Shown: positions 47,881-57,296 of the stretch, in pieces | Layout: every line of letters starts with the position of its first letter | Position numbering within the stretch: position 1 is the first letter of the stretch | Source: Acidobacteriota bacterium | GTDB taxonomy: Bacteria > Acidobacteriota > UBA4820 > DSQY01 | NCBI GenBank assembly: GCA_049968315.1 | Contig: JBMFRA010000001.1 | Location: 62,044-126,043 of the forward strand | DNA length: 64,000 nucleotides | Direction of reading: 5' to 3' | Made by a program: the position numbers and the translations under genes | Notes under the pieces: model-generated | Seen by the model: only the letters and a program-made list of their open reading frames with translations | Database searches by the model: none | Told to the model about the DNA's origin: nothing

Positions 47881-48561
47881 TCAGAGAGGGCGCTTGTAGA
47901 GAAGGATCTTCCGGCCCACCAGCCGAAGGACCCCCTGGCTCTCCAGCTCCCGCAGCAGGCGGTTCACCGTCTCGCGGCTGGTCCCGATGATGTGGGCGAT
48001 CTCCTCCTGGGTCGGGCGGTTGAAGAGGATGGAACCGTCGGCCAGCCGCCGTCCCTCCCGTTCGGCCAGTCCGTTGAGAAAGCGCGCCAGGCGGCCGAAG
48101 GTGTCCTCCAGCACCAGGCTGGCCAGGCGCTGGGAGGTGTCCCGGAGGCGGCGGGAGAGGACCTGGATCAGCTCCATGGCCAGGGAGGGGCTCTCCGCCA
48201 GGGCGGCGAGAAAGCTCTCCCGGGAGAGGACCAGGCAGACGGTGTCCTCGGCGGCGCTGACGTTGGCCGAGCGCCTTTCCTGGGGGTCGAAGAGGGCCAG
48301 CTCTCCCACGATCTCCCCCGGCCCCAGGAGGGCCAGGGTGACCTGGCGCCCGTCGCCCCCGTCCAGGTGGCACTTCACCCGTCCCGAGAGGACGATGTAG
48401 AGGCTGTCCCCGGGGTCGCCGAACCGGAAGAGGACGGCACCCTTGGGCCAGGACCGCTCTTCGGAGAAGCGTAGGAGGTTCTTGAGGTGGGGCGGGTCCA
48501 GCGCCGAGAAGAAGTCGATCTGCTTGAGAAAACGCAGCTGGGTCATTAGAGCATCCTCCAT
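47881..48561 (-). CDS. Crp/Fnr family cAMP-binding transcriptional regulator
   Basis: cNMP pocket GELAL...RSA; HTH TQEEIAHIIGTSRETVNR. Confidence 0.93.
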   Translation of the reverse strand: MEDALMTQLRFLKQIDFFSALDPPHLKNLLRFSEERSWPKGAVLFRFGDPGDSLYIVLSGRVKCHLDGGDGRQVTLALLGPGEIVGELALFDPQERRSANVSAAEDTVCLVLSRESFLAALAESPSLAMELIQVLSRRLRDTSQRLASLVLEDTFGRLARFLNGLAEREGRRLADGSILFNRPTQEEIAHIIGTSRETVNRLLRELESQGVLRLVGRKILLYKRPL

Positions 48562-48622
48562 CGGTACACCCCCGGCCAAGCGAAACCGGGGGGGCGGCGG
48601 CCCCCCCGGCTGGACGCGGCGG

Positions 48623-48976
48623 TCACCCGAGGTCGTCGCCCTCGGGAGGCGTTTCCTCGCCCCCTTCGGCGGCGAAGTCGCCGGTGTCCGGCTCCTCTCC
48701 TTCGACCCCCGCCATCTTCTGCATGACGTGGCGCGGAACGGAGACGTTGGTGATGGCGTGCTTGAAGACGATCTGGTCGTAGTCGCGGCCGCGGATGTGG
48801 ATGGTGTAGCGGTCGAAGCCGAGAACCTGCCCCACGAACTTCTTGCCGCTGACCAGGAAGATCGTGATGAGGGACCGGTCCTTCCGGACGAAGTTGAGGA
48901 TCTGGTTCTGGATGTTGATCTCACGGTTGGCGGGGGGTCTCTTCGAGCCATCTTTCGATGCATTCAAGGGCATCAT
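48623..48976 (-). CDS. hfq: RNA chaperone Hfq
   Basis: NIQNQILN, IFLVSG, FDRY and FKHAI motifs with an acidic tail; conserved position after miaA. Confidence 0.88.
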   Translation of the reverse strand: MMPLNASKDGSKRPPANREINIQNQILNFVRKDRSLITIFLVSGKKFVGQVLGFDRYTIHIRGRDYDQIVFKHAITNVSVPRHVMQKMAGVEGEEPDTGDFAAEGGEETPPEGDDLG

Positions 48977-49871
48977 GGGTCCAGGCCTCCTTTTGAATGT
49001 CGAACCATTGGATTCCTTCTTCTTTCCTGAACCAGGCCAGCTGGCGCCTAGCCAGGTTCCTCGACCGCCTCTTGATAAGCCCGACGGCCTCCTCCAGGGA
49101 AAGGGAACCTTCCAGGAAAGCCGCCAATTCCCCGTAGCCGATGGCCTTGCGCACCGGCCCCTGGAGCCGCCCGTCCTGCCACAGGCCGCGGACCTCATCG
49201 AGGAGGCCTGCGGCCATCATCTCCTCCACGCGGCTCTCGATCCTATGGTAAAGGAAGGGGTTGGGAGCCGTCAAACCCACCGTGAGCCCGGGGATCACCC
49301 GGCTTCCGAAGGGGCTTTCGCGGATGAAGGCGGAGAGGGGCTTTCCGGTGGCGAGGCGCACTTCCAGGGCCCGAACGGTGCGGAGGAGATCCCGGGGACC
49401 GATGGTGGCGGCGTAGGCGGGGTCCAGCCGGCGCAGGAGCCGGTGGAGCCCCTCCGGTCCCCGGCGTTCCGTGCGGGAGAGGAGCCTCCGGCGGATGGCC
49501 TCCTGCCGCCCCGGTGCCTCCACCAGGCCCCGGGTGAGGGCCCGGTAGTAGAGCCCCGTTCCCCCGGTGAGGATGGCCAAGCGGCCCCGGGCGTGGATCT
49601 CCGAGAGGGCCTTCAGGGCCAGGGTTCGGAAGGCACCGGCGGAGAAGACCGTCCCCGGCTCCGCCACGTCCAGGAGGTGGTGGGGAACCCCCCGGCGTTC
49701 CGCCGGGGAAGGCTTGTCCGTACCGATGTCGAGGCCGCGGTAGACGGCCATGGAATCGCACGAGACGATCTCCCCGCCGAAGCACAGGGCCACCTCCACC
49801 GCGAAGCGGGACTTGCCGGCGGCGGTGGGGCCGACGATGGAAAGGAGCCGCGGGAACTCAGGCAGAGCCAC
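48921..49871 (-). CDS. miaA: tRNA dimethylallyltransferase
   Basis: GPTAAGKS, DSMAVYRGLDIGTDKP, GGTGLY and ARRQLAWF motifs. Confidence 0.96.
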   Translation of the reverse strand: MALPEFPRLLSIVGPTAAGKSRFAVEVALCFGGEIVSCDSMAVYRGLDIGTDKPSPAERRGVPHHLLDVAEPGTVFSAGAFRTLALKALSEIHARGRLAILTGGTGLYYRALTRGLVEAPGRQEAIRRRLLSRTERRGPEGLHRLLRRLDPAYAATIGPRDLLRTVRALEVRLATGKPLSAFIRESPFGSRVIPGLTVGLTAPNPFLYHRIESRVEEMMAAGLLDEVRGLWQDGRLQGPVRKAIGYGELAAFLEGSLSLEEAVGLIKRRSRNLARRQLAWFRKEEGIQWFDIQKEAWTHDALECIERWLEETPRQP

Positions 49872-50976
49872 GGAAGAGGTCTTTGCGGGTGTGGCGCAGG
49901 GTATCCAGGACGCGGCTCTCGTGGTCGGGCCCCAGGGTGCGGCGGATGGCCAGCAGCGCGCTGTAGAGGTACTCGTTGAGGGACTGGACCAGGAGGCTCC
50001 GGCGGTCCCCCTCCACCTGCCGCAGGTTCTCCAGGATCCGCTCCTCCGAGAGGGAGCCGTTGCTCCGGAGGGTCACCCTCCCCAAGACCTCCGGCTGGGC
50101 CGTCTTCAGTTTCCCCAGGTACTTCTCCAGGATGTTCTCCGCGATGGGGCCCACCTCCCGCAGCAGGTAGTGGTAGAGGAAGGAGAACATCTCGTTGTAG
50201 TTCCGGATGAGCTCGGCGAACTCCTGCAGCTCCCGCCGCTCTTCCTCGAAGCGGTCCTTGCGTCCCTTCACGTGGAGGTAGCCGATGGTGAAGAAGATGT
50301 AGAGCGTCTTCAGCGTCTCGAACTCGCCGATCTCGCTGAGGTCGCAGATCTCCCGTACGCTCCGGTTGCCGTCCACCAGCTTGAAGACGTGCTTCTCGTA
50401 CTCCTCGAAGTGGAGGCCCTGGGGCCGGTGGGCGGGGAGGACCCTCTCGAAGATCACGTCCTCGTTGGGCATGGTCCTCTTGAAGAGGCCGGGGTCGTCG
50501 ATGCGGCGAAGGCCCTCCAGCAGGAGCTCGGGGACGGAGATGGCGGTGGTGATGTTCTCCCCGGTCTTCTCCTCGCCCTCGAAGAACTGGAAGGAGCCCG
50601 ATTCCCAGCGGAGGATGGAGTAGGCGATCTCCTGCACCTGGTGGCGGACCTCGTTCCAGAGGTCCTTGGGGGCCAGGGCCTTCATCTCCACGAGGATCTT
50701 CCCCAGGCGCTTGCCCCTGGTGACGCGGCGGCTGGCCTCCTCGAACTGTTCCTGGGTGATCTTCCCCTCGCGGAGGAGCATCTCCCCGAACCGTTCGTCC
50801 GGAACGTTGGAGGTGGCGAAGACCACCACGCCGTTCTTGAAGTGCAGGGTCTTGGTGATGGTGCCGTTGCGGACGAGGAGGACCCCCGTCTTGCCGGTGG
50901 TCTTCAGGAAGTCGAGGATTTCCGGCAGGCCGAGCTGGCCGTAGTCGCCCTGGAGGGGAAGGGCCGGAAGGCTCAT
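49858..50976 (-). CDS. DUF4388 (PATAN-like) domain protein
   Basis: LQGD...LPEIL...KTGVL, RFGEMLLREG, RLGKILV, WESGSFQF and LLEGLRRID motifs. Confidence 0.82.
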   Translation of the reverse strand: MSLPALPLQGDYGQLGLPEILDFLKTTGKTGVLLVRNGTITKTLHFKNGVVVFATSNVPDERFGEMLLREGKITQEQFEEASRRVTRGKRLGKILVEMKALAPKDLWNEVRHQVQEIAYSILRWESGSFQFFEGEEKTGENITTAISVPELLLEGLRRIDDPGLFKRTMPNEDVIFERVLPAHRPQGLHFEEYEKHVFKLVDGNRSVREICDLSEIGEFETLKTLYIFFTIGYLHVKGRKDRFEEERRELQEFAELIRNYNEMFSFLYHYLLREVGPIAENILEKYLGKLKTAQPEVLGRVTLRSNGSLSEERILENLRQVEGDRRSLLVQSLNEYLYSALLAIRRTLGPDHESRVLDTLRHTRKDLFRGSA

Positions 50977-51524
50977 GGGTTTCTCCCGGCAAGGGTCCCG
51001 GGGCCGCCGGCGGCGGCGGGGGACAGGGAGCCTTGCACCCAGGGGGCGGCGGCGGCCAGCACCACCCGGCCCACGAGGAGTTCCCCGGGGACGGGCCCCG
51101 TCCTGCGGCTGTCCAGGCTCTCCAGGAGGTTGTCCCCGACGCAGAAGAAGGCCCCCGGCGGCACGGTGACCTCTCGCTCCCGGCCTTGGCCGGGCGGAGA
51201 TGCGAAAGGCGGCACGGGGCGGCCGTTCACCGCAACCCCGCCGTCGGAGAAGACCACCCGGTCCCCTGGAAGAGCCACCACACGCTTCACGGCCAGCCCC
51301 CACCCGGGGGTCCGAAAGACCACCACCTCCCCCCGCCGGGGGGAACGCCAGAGGAAGGCGGTGCGGTCCACGAGGACGACGCTCCCGTCGGAGAGGGTAG
51401 GGGCCATGCTCCGCCCCGCCACCCGGAAGGGGCGCAGGAGGGCCCCCACCAGCAGGGTGGCGGCCAGGACGGAAAGGCCCGCGGAGAGCACGTACGGGCG
51501 TAGGCTGCCGGGAGCCGCGGCCAT
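50973..51524 (-). CDS. lepB: Signal peptidase I
   Basis: SMAPTL, VKRVVALPGD and GDN...SLDSR motifs. Confidence 0.9.
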   Translation of the reverse strand: MAAAPGSLRPYVLSAGLSVLAATLLVGALLRPFRVAGRSMAPTLSDGSVVLVDRTAFLWRSPRRGEVVVFRTPGWGLAVKRVVALPGDRVVFSDGGVAVNGRPVPPFASPPGQGREREVTVPPGAFFCVGDNLLESLDSRRTGPVPGELLVGRVVLAAAAPWVQGSLSPAAAGGPGTLAGRNP

Positions 51525-51646
51525 GGGTCGTTCCCCTTCAGAAGGGGGATTCTACTGCCGTTCGGCCGGGCAGGCAAGGAGACGGCAGCGGCCTTCCGCC
51601 GGGCCGGGGAGGGAAAAAAGAACCGCCCGGAGGCGGTGGAGGGGGT

Positions 51647-51722
51647 TGGTGGGCCATGTAGGACTCGAACCTACAACCTTGGGATTAAGAGTCCCCTGCT
51701 CTACCGGTTGAGCTAATGGCCC
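51647..51722 (-). tRNA. tRNA-Lys(CTT)
   Basis: GGGCCAT/ATGGCCC acceptor stem, anticodon loop CTCTTAA, GGTTCGAGTCC T-arm, CCA end. Confidence 0.97.
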
Positions 51723-51735
51723 ATCCAGAAGGGGA

Positions 51736-51764
51736 ATTATGCCCGAAACGCCCCGGAGAGTCAA
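51736..51764 (-). promoter_or_regulatory. Sigma70-type promoter of tRNA-Lys
   Basis: TTGACT-17nt-CATAAT. Confidence 0.65.
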
Positions 51765-52804
51765 CGGGCCCCCGGCCACCTGGCCACGGCGGTGGCGTCC
51801 AGGCCGTACCCCGCCGGGGGTCCTTTCCGGAGGAGGTCCAACGCGCGGAAGGCCACCATGGCGGCGTTGTCGGTGCACAGGCGGGGGGAGGGGAGGCCGG
51901 CGGCAAGGCCGAGGTCTTCGGCGAGGCGCTTGAAGCGCTCCCTGAGGAGCCGGTTGCAGGCCACCCCGCCGGCGAGGACCAGGGAGGCGGGCCTGTAGCG
52001 GAGGGCCGCCTTCTTCAGGCGTCCGAGGAGGTGGTCCACCACCCGCTTCTGGAAGGAGGCCATGAGGTCGTACTCCCAGGCGGGCAGGGCGTCGAGGTCT
52101 TCCGCCGGGGCCGGCACGAGGCCCCCTTCGCGGATTCGGTGGAGCGCCGCCGTCTTCAGCCCGGAGAAGGAGAAGTCCAGACCGTTGCCCCCCGACATCC
52201 GGGGGAGGGGAAGGTCGAAGGCCCGCGGGTTCCCCCTGGGGGAGAGGCGGTCGATCACGGGGCCGCCGGGGTAGGGGAGGCCCAGGAACTTGGCCACCTT
52301 GTCCAGGGCCTCCCCCGCCGCGTCGTCCCGGGTGGCCGCCGCCAGCTGCGGCCCGTCGGGGCCAGGGCACCAAAAGAGGTGGGAGTGGCCGCCGGACACG
52401 ACGAGCCCCAGTGCCGGGTAGGGGAGGGAGGGGTGCTCCATCCAGGGAGAGCGCAGGTGGGCCTCGATGTGGTTGACGCCCACCACCGGGATCCCCAGGG
52501 ACCACGCCAAGGACTTGGCGTAGGAAAGTCCCACGAGGAGACTGCCCAGGAGGCCGGGGCCCGAAGAAACCGCCACCGATCCGATGGCCGAGAGGGGGGT
52601 CCCCGCCTCCGCCAGCGCCCCCTCCACCACGGAGGGCAGGCGTTCCAGGTGGGCCCGGCTGGCCAGCTCGGGAACCACGCCCCCGTAAGGGCCATGGACC
52701 TCCGCCTGGCCGGCGAGGACGCAGGAGAGGAGGAGACCCTCCTCCGTCACCACGGCGGCGGAGGAATCGTCGCAGGAGGTCTCGATGCCCAGAACGGGCC
52801 TCAT
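51761..52804 (-). CDS. tsaD: tRNA threonylcarbamoyltransferase TsaD
   Basis: GIETSCDD, GGVVPELASRAH, NHIEAH, VSGGHS and CTDNAAM motifs. Confidence 0.96.
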   Translation of the reverse strand: MRPVLGIETSCDDSSAAVVTEEGLLLSCVLAGQAEVHGPYGGVVPELASRAHLERLPSVVEGALAEAGTPLSAIGSVAVSSGPGLLGSLLVGLSYAKSLAWSLGIPVVGVNHIEAHLRSPWMEHPSLPYPALGLVVSGGHSHLFWCPGPDGPQLAAATRDDAAGEALDKVAKFLGLPYPGGPVIDRLSPRGNPRAFDLPLPRMSGGNGLDFSFSGLKTAALHRIREGGLVPAPAEDLDALPAWEYDLMASFQKRVVDHLLGRLKKAALRYRPASLVLAGGVACNRLLRERFKRLAEDLGLAAGLPSPRLCTDNAAMVAFRALDLLRKGPPAGYGLDATAVARWPGAR

Positions 52805-53859
52805 GGACGGTTCCGCTGGAGGAAGTCGCGCACCGTCTCGGGGGTGACGGGGGAGATCTCGCCGCACTCGGTGAAGATGGCGGTCACCAAGTCGTGGGGG
52901 GTCACGTCGAAGGCGGGGTTGTAGGCGGAGGCCCCCCGGGGGGCCACCTCGTTCTTCTCGAAGGCCAGCACCTCCCAAGGCTCCCGGACCTCGATGGGAA
53001 TGGCCCGCCCGTCGGGTGCCGAGGGGTCGAAGGTGCTCAGGGGGGCGGCGACGTAGAAGGGGACGCCGTGGCGCCGGGCCAGCACCGCCAGGGGGTAGGT
53101 GCCGATCTTGTTGGCCACGTCCCCGTTCAGGGCGATGCGGTCGGCCCCCACCACCACCAGGTCGATCTTGCCCGCGGCGAGGAGGGAGGCCGCCGCCGAG
53201 TCGCAGAGCAGCGTCACGGGGATCTTCTCCTCCACCATCTCCCAGGCGGTGAGGCGGGCGCCCTGCAGGTAGGGCCGGGTTTCGTCGGCGTAGAGGGTCA
53301 CTTCCTTCCCCTCGTCCCGCGCCGCCCGCACGACACCCAGGGCGGTGCCGTACCCTCCGGTGGCCAGGGCACCGGCGTTGCAGTGGGTGAGAACGGCGGC
53401 CCGGTCGGGCACCCGCCGGCTTCCGACCTTCCCCATGGCCATGCAGGCGGCCACGTCGTCCCGGTGGATCTGGAGGGCCTCCTCCTCCACCGCCGCGGCC
53501 ACGTCCTCCGGATCCGCCCCGCTGCGGATGAGGTCCAGGGCGAGCCGTTCCAGCCTGCGGACGGCCCACTCCAGGTTCACGGCGGTGGGGCGTGCCGCCA
53601 GCAGTGCGGCGGCCTCGGCGGAGACCCGGCGCTTGAAATCCTTCCGGTTGGCGCAGCCCCGGGCCGCCGTCTGGGCGGCGAGCGCCATCCCGTAAGCCGC
53701 CGCGACGCCGATGGCCGGCGCTCCCCGCACCACCATGGTTCGAATGGCCTCCGCCACCTGCGAGGCGGTCCGGCACTCGACGTAGCCGATCTCGCGGGGC
53801 AGCCTGCGCTGGTCGAGAAGTTCGAGGGCCCTTCCCGTCCAGCGGATGTGTGCGCGCAT
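52801..53859 (-). CDS. mtnA: Methylthioribose-1-phosphate isomerase
   Basis: VRGAPAIG, RPTAVNL, THCNAGALAT and NKIGTY motifs. Confidence 0.96.
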   Translation of the reverse strand: MRAHIRWTGRALELLDQRRLPREIGYVECRTASQVAEAIRTMVVRGAPAIGVAAAYGMALAAQTAARGCANRKDFKRRVSAEAAALLAARPTAVNLEWAVRRLERLALDLIRSGADPEDVAAAVEEEALQIHRDDVAACMAMGKVGSRRVPDRAAVLTHCNAGALATGGYGTALGVVRAARDEGKEVTLYADETRPYLQGARLTAWEMVEEKIPVTLLCDSAAASLLAAGKIDLVVVGADRIALNGDVANKIGTYPLAVLARRHGVPFYVAAPLSTFDPSAPDGRAIPIEVREPWEVLAFEKNEVAPRGASAYNPAFDVTPHDLVTAIFTECGEISPVTPETVRDFLQRNRP

Positions 53860-53870
53860 GGAGCCCCCCC

Positions 53871-54101
53871 TCAGGAACCCGATTCCTTTTCCAGGTGCTC
53901 CCGGATCAACCGGAGATCCTCCTCCCGGATCTTCTCCATACGGAGGTCCGTCTCCAGCTCCCGGACCGAACGGGCCACCGCCTCCTTCAGGAGGTCCGGC
54001 GTCCGGTGGTCGGGAATGGGCACCTTCTCTCCGAAGAGAGGCCAGAGGGCGAAGAGAAAGGAGCCGAGGGCCAGCAGGAGCGAGAAGAGGACCGCCGCCA
54101 T
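53871..54101 (-). CDS. Small single-TM protein resembling the CcmI N-terminus
   Basis: TGATG overlap with ccmF; TM helix ending WPLF, then RELETDLRMEKIREED. Confidence 0.6.
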   Translation of the reverse strand: MAAVLFSLLLALGSFLFALWPLFGEKVPIPDHRTPDLLKEAVARSVRELETDLRMEKIREEDLRLIREHLEKESGS

Positions 54102-56170
54102 CACCACCTCCGCATGGGCACGAGGGCCGTGAGGCCCCCCGCCAGGATGAAGAGGCCTCCCAGCCAGAGCCAGGCGACCATGGGGTTGACGTAGGCGCCC
54201 AGGACCACCGTGCCCTCCTCCAGGCTGAAGCCGGCGAGGACGGTGTAGAAGTCCTCCATGAGGCGGGAGTGGATGGCCACCTCGTAGGTCGGTTGCTGGG
54301 GGTTGGCGGCGTAGAAGACCCGCTGGGGACGGAGGAGGGAGACGAAGCGGTCTCCCTTGAAGACCTGGAGATCGGCCCAGACCCTGGCCTCGTTGACCTT
54401 GCGAAGGTCGGCGTTCAGGTCGTCGTGGCCCAGGGAAGCCAGGCGGACGGTGTAAGGGCCGAAGCGCACGGCGTCCCCGACCTTCATGGATTCCTGGTAC
54501 TCCCGCTGGAAGGTCCCGGAGAAGGCCACCCCCAGAAAGAGGCAGACCACGCCGAAGTGGACCAGGTAGCCTCCGTACCGGCGCGGGTTTTCCCGGAAGG
54601 GGTGGAGGAGGGCCGAGGGAAGCCCCTTCCCGGCCCGCCGTGCGGCCCGGACCGACCGGGCGTACTCCTCCAAGAGGATGGCCGCCACGAAGAAGGAGAG
54701 TGCGGTGCAGGCGAGGAGGTACCAGAAGGTGAGGGGGCGGGCGGCCAGATCCGCCCGGAGGGCAGGTCCCCCTAAAAAGATGGCCGCCAACGAGGCCAAA
54801 AGGGCCGAAGCCCCGGCCAGGGCCGGGAAGAAGAGGTGCCTCCGGTAGGCCTCCCATCCGCCCCTCCGCCAGGGGGCGATGGAGGCGAGGCCCATGACGA
54901 GCAGGATCGCCAGGGCCACCGGAAGGACCCTCGGGTTGTAAAACTCCGGCCCGTGGCTCAACTCCTTGCCGGTGGCCATCCGGTAGAAGATGGGGCTGGT
55001 GACGCCGAAGAGGACGACCAGGGCCATGAGGCCCAGAAGGAGGTTGGCGTAGAGGAAGAGCCCCTCCCGGCTACCGGCGGATTCGAGGCGCTGGCCGCTC
55101 TCCAAAAGCGCCTTCCTCCTCAGGATCAGCACTACCCCGAGGACCAGCATGCCGGCCAGGAAGGCGATGAAGAGGGTTCCCAGCTGGAAGTACCAGGGGA
55201 TGGACGGGTCCTCCTGGCCGAAGGTGTGGACCGACTGGAGGATCCCCGAGCGGGTGAGGAAGGTCCCGTAGATGCACAGCAGGAAGGTGGCGAGGATGAA
55301 GAAGACGTTCCAGAAGCGGTAGATGCCGCGCTTCTCCTGCATGAGGAAGGAGTGGAGGAAGGCCGTCCCCGTCACCCACGGCAAGAAGGAGGCGTTCTCC
55401 ACCGGGTCCCACGCCCAGTAGCCTCCCCACCCCAGCTCGATGTAGGCCCAGTACCCCCCGAGGAGGATCCCGATGCCCAGGGTGAGCCACGAGAACATGG
55501 CCCAGTTTCGTGCGGAGCGCATCCAGAAGGTGTTGCGCTCCCGGTGGGCCAAGGCGCCCAGGATGAAGGCGAAGGGGATGGCGAAGCCCACGTAGCCCAG
55601 GTAGAGCATGGGGGGGTGGATGGCCATGTAGACGTTCTGGAGGAGGGGGTTGAGGCCGTTTCCCTCCACCTGGGCCAGGGCCTCGGGGGGATAGTCCTTG
55701 AGGGCCACGCCATTCCCGTCGAAGAGCGGTTCGAAGGGGCTGGCCTTGAAAACCAGGACCACCAGGAAGAAGAGGAGGGTGAGGAGCAGGAGGAAGGCGG
55801 TGAAGGGAAGAAGCCGCAGGTTGTTCCGGCGGTTGAGGGTGACCGCCAGGGAGGAGAAGACCGCCAAGAGGGTGCACCAGAAGAGGAGGGAGCCGCTCAT
55901 GCCGCCCCAGAGGGCCGAGAGTTTGTAGACCAGGGGCTGGGTCGTGCGGGAGTACTCCCAGACGTACTTGAGGGTGAAGTCGTTGCGGAGGAGGGCCGCC
56001 CAGAGGGCGAGGACGGCCACCCCCGTCAGCAGGGTGACGCCGTGGATGGACCGGACCGCGCTCCGAAGGAGGCGGAGGTCCTGGGAGCGGTAGGCGCCCA
56101 GCGAGGCCACGGTGCCCCAGAGGGCCAGCGCCAGGGCGGTGAAGAGGGCGTAGGTTCCGACGGTTCCCAT
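54101..56170 (-). CDS. ccmF: Cytochrome c biogenesis heme lyase CcmF
   Basis: NPLLQ, HPPMLYLGY, WAYIELGWGGYWAWDPVENAS and SVHTF motifs. Confidence 0.96.
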   Translation of the reverse strand: MGTVGTYALFTALALALWGTVASLGAYRSQDLRLLRSAVRSIHGVTLLTGVAVLALWAALLRNDFTLKYVWEYSRTTQPLVYKLSALWGGMSGSLLFWCTLLAVFSSLAVTLNRRNNLRLLPFTAFLLLLTLLFFLVVLVFKASPFEPLFDGNGVALKDYPPEALAQVEGNGLNPLLQNVYMAIHPPMLYLGYVGFAIPFAFILGALAHRERNTFWMRSARNWAMFSWLTLGIGILLGGYWAYIELGWGGYWAWDPVENASFLPWVTGTAFLHSFLMQEKRGIYRFWNVFFILATFLLCIYGTFLTRSGILQSVHTFGQEDPSIPWYFQLGTLFIAFLAGMLVLGVVLILRRKALLESGQRLESAGSREGLFLYANLLLGLMALVVLFGVTSPIFYRMATGKELSHGPEFYNPRVLPVALAILLVMGLASIAPWRRGGWEAYRRHLFFPALAGASALLASLAAIFLGGPALRADLAARPLTFWYLLACTALSFFVAAILLEEYARSVRAARRAGKGLPSALLHPFRENPRRYGGYLVHFGVVCLFLGVAFSGTFQREYQESMKVGDAVRFGPYTVRLASLGHDDLNADLRKVNEARVWADLQVFKGDRFVSLLRPQRVFYAANPQQPTYEVAIHSRLMEDFYTVLAGFSLEEGTVVLGAYVNPMVAWLWLGGLFILAGGLTALVPMRRW

Positions 56171-56173
56171 GGG

Positions 56174-56584
56174 TTACGTCCTGGCTCCCGGCCGGGGGTC
56201 GCTTCCCTGGGACTCGTACTTGGAGGGGCATTTCACGATCAACTCCCGGCCTTCGAAGGTTCCCGAGGGGCCCATCCGGCCGTCCACCACCACCTCCAGC
56301 CCCTCCTTGAAGGCGTCGGGGATGGCCCCCCGGTAGTGGACGGGCACCTTCTTCTCGCCGTCGGAGACCGCGAACCAGAGGTTCAAGCGGTCCTCCGACA
56401 TCCGGACGCTGCCCGGCTCGATGACGCCCTTGAGGCGCAGGCGCCCCCCCTGGACGGCGGGGTCCGCCAGGAACTGGGTGGGGCTGTAGTAGTACACCGG
56501 TTTGGCCGTCCCGGCGCTGGAGAGGAGGAACAACGCCACGGCGCCGGCGACGATGATGAGCGCCACGGTGATCTTCACGCGCAT
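56174..56584 (-). CDS. ccmE: Heme chaperone CcmE, CxxxY variant
   Basis: YYYSP, YRGAIPDAFKEG and KCPSKY motifs. Confidence 0.92.
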   Translation of the reverse strand: MRVKITVALIIVAGAVALFLLSSAGTAKPVYYYSPTQFLADPAVQGGRLRLKGVIEPGSVRMSEDRLNLWFAVSDGEKKVPVHYRGAIPDAFKEGLEVVVDGRMGPSGTFEGRELIVKCPSKYESQGSDPRPGART

Positions 56585-56632
56585 GGTCACCTCCAGGGCC
56601 TTCCGCCCGGGGGGCCGAAGGCCCGACCTCTC

Positions 56633-56661
56633 ACTGTACCTGGCAACGCCCCGTCCGTCAA
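56633..56661 (-). promoter_or_regulatory. Sigma70-type promoter of ccmE
   Basis: TTGACG-17nt-TACAGT. Confidence 0.55.
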
Positions 56662-56675
56662 AATATTCGGTGCCG

Positions 56676-57296
56676 TCACCGGGAAGACGCCTCTGCGCGG
56701 CGGCGGAGGGCCGGCACCTCCTGGAGGGGGTTTCCCATCTCGGCGAAGAGCCGGATGGCCGCGACCCCGGCGGCCCCCGCCCGGAGGACCGTCCCCAGCC
56801 GGTCGCGGGAGACCCCGCCCAGGGCCAGGACGGGGATGGGGCTCTGGCGGCAGGCCTCCTGCAGGGCCTCGAGACCCAAGGGGGGGCCGTAGGGAGCCTT
56901 GGAGGGGGTTGGAAAGACGGGGCCCAACGTCACCGCGTCCGCCCCTTCCTCCGCGGCCCTCTGGACCTCCGCCAGGTCGTGGCAGGAGCGGACCACCAGG
57001 AACGGAGGGGGACAGAGGCGCCGTACCTCCCCCGTGGGAAGCCCCTGGGCGGGGAGGTGGACGCCCGCCGCCCCCGAGGCCAGGGCCAGGTCGGGGCGGC
57101 CGTTGACGAGGAGGCGGGTGCCGAAGCGGAGGGCCTCCCAGCGGAGGGCCCGCAGCACCTCGAAGAGGGCCCGGTCGGGCAGGTCCTTCTCCCGGAGCTG
57201 GAGCCAGTCCACCCCGGCCCGGATGAGGGCGGAGAGCTGGCCCAGCAGGCCGCCCTCCCCCGCCAGGCGCCGGTCGGAGATGGCGTAGAGGATCAC
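56676..57296 (-). CDS. thiE: Thiamine phosphate synthase / TenI family
   Basis: QLREK, GVHL, SCH, GPVFPTPSK and ALGG motifs. Confidence 0.82.
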   Translation of the reverse strand: MILYAISDRRLAGEGGLLGQLSALIRAGVDWLQLREKDLPDRALFEVLRALRWEALRFGTRLLVNGRPDLALASGAAGVHLPAQGLPTGEVRRLCPPPFLVVRSCHDLAEVQRAAEEGADAVTLGPVFPTPSKAPYGPPLGLEALQEACRQSPIPVLALGGVSRDRLGTVLRAGAAGVAAIRLFAEMGNPLQEVPALRRRAEASSR

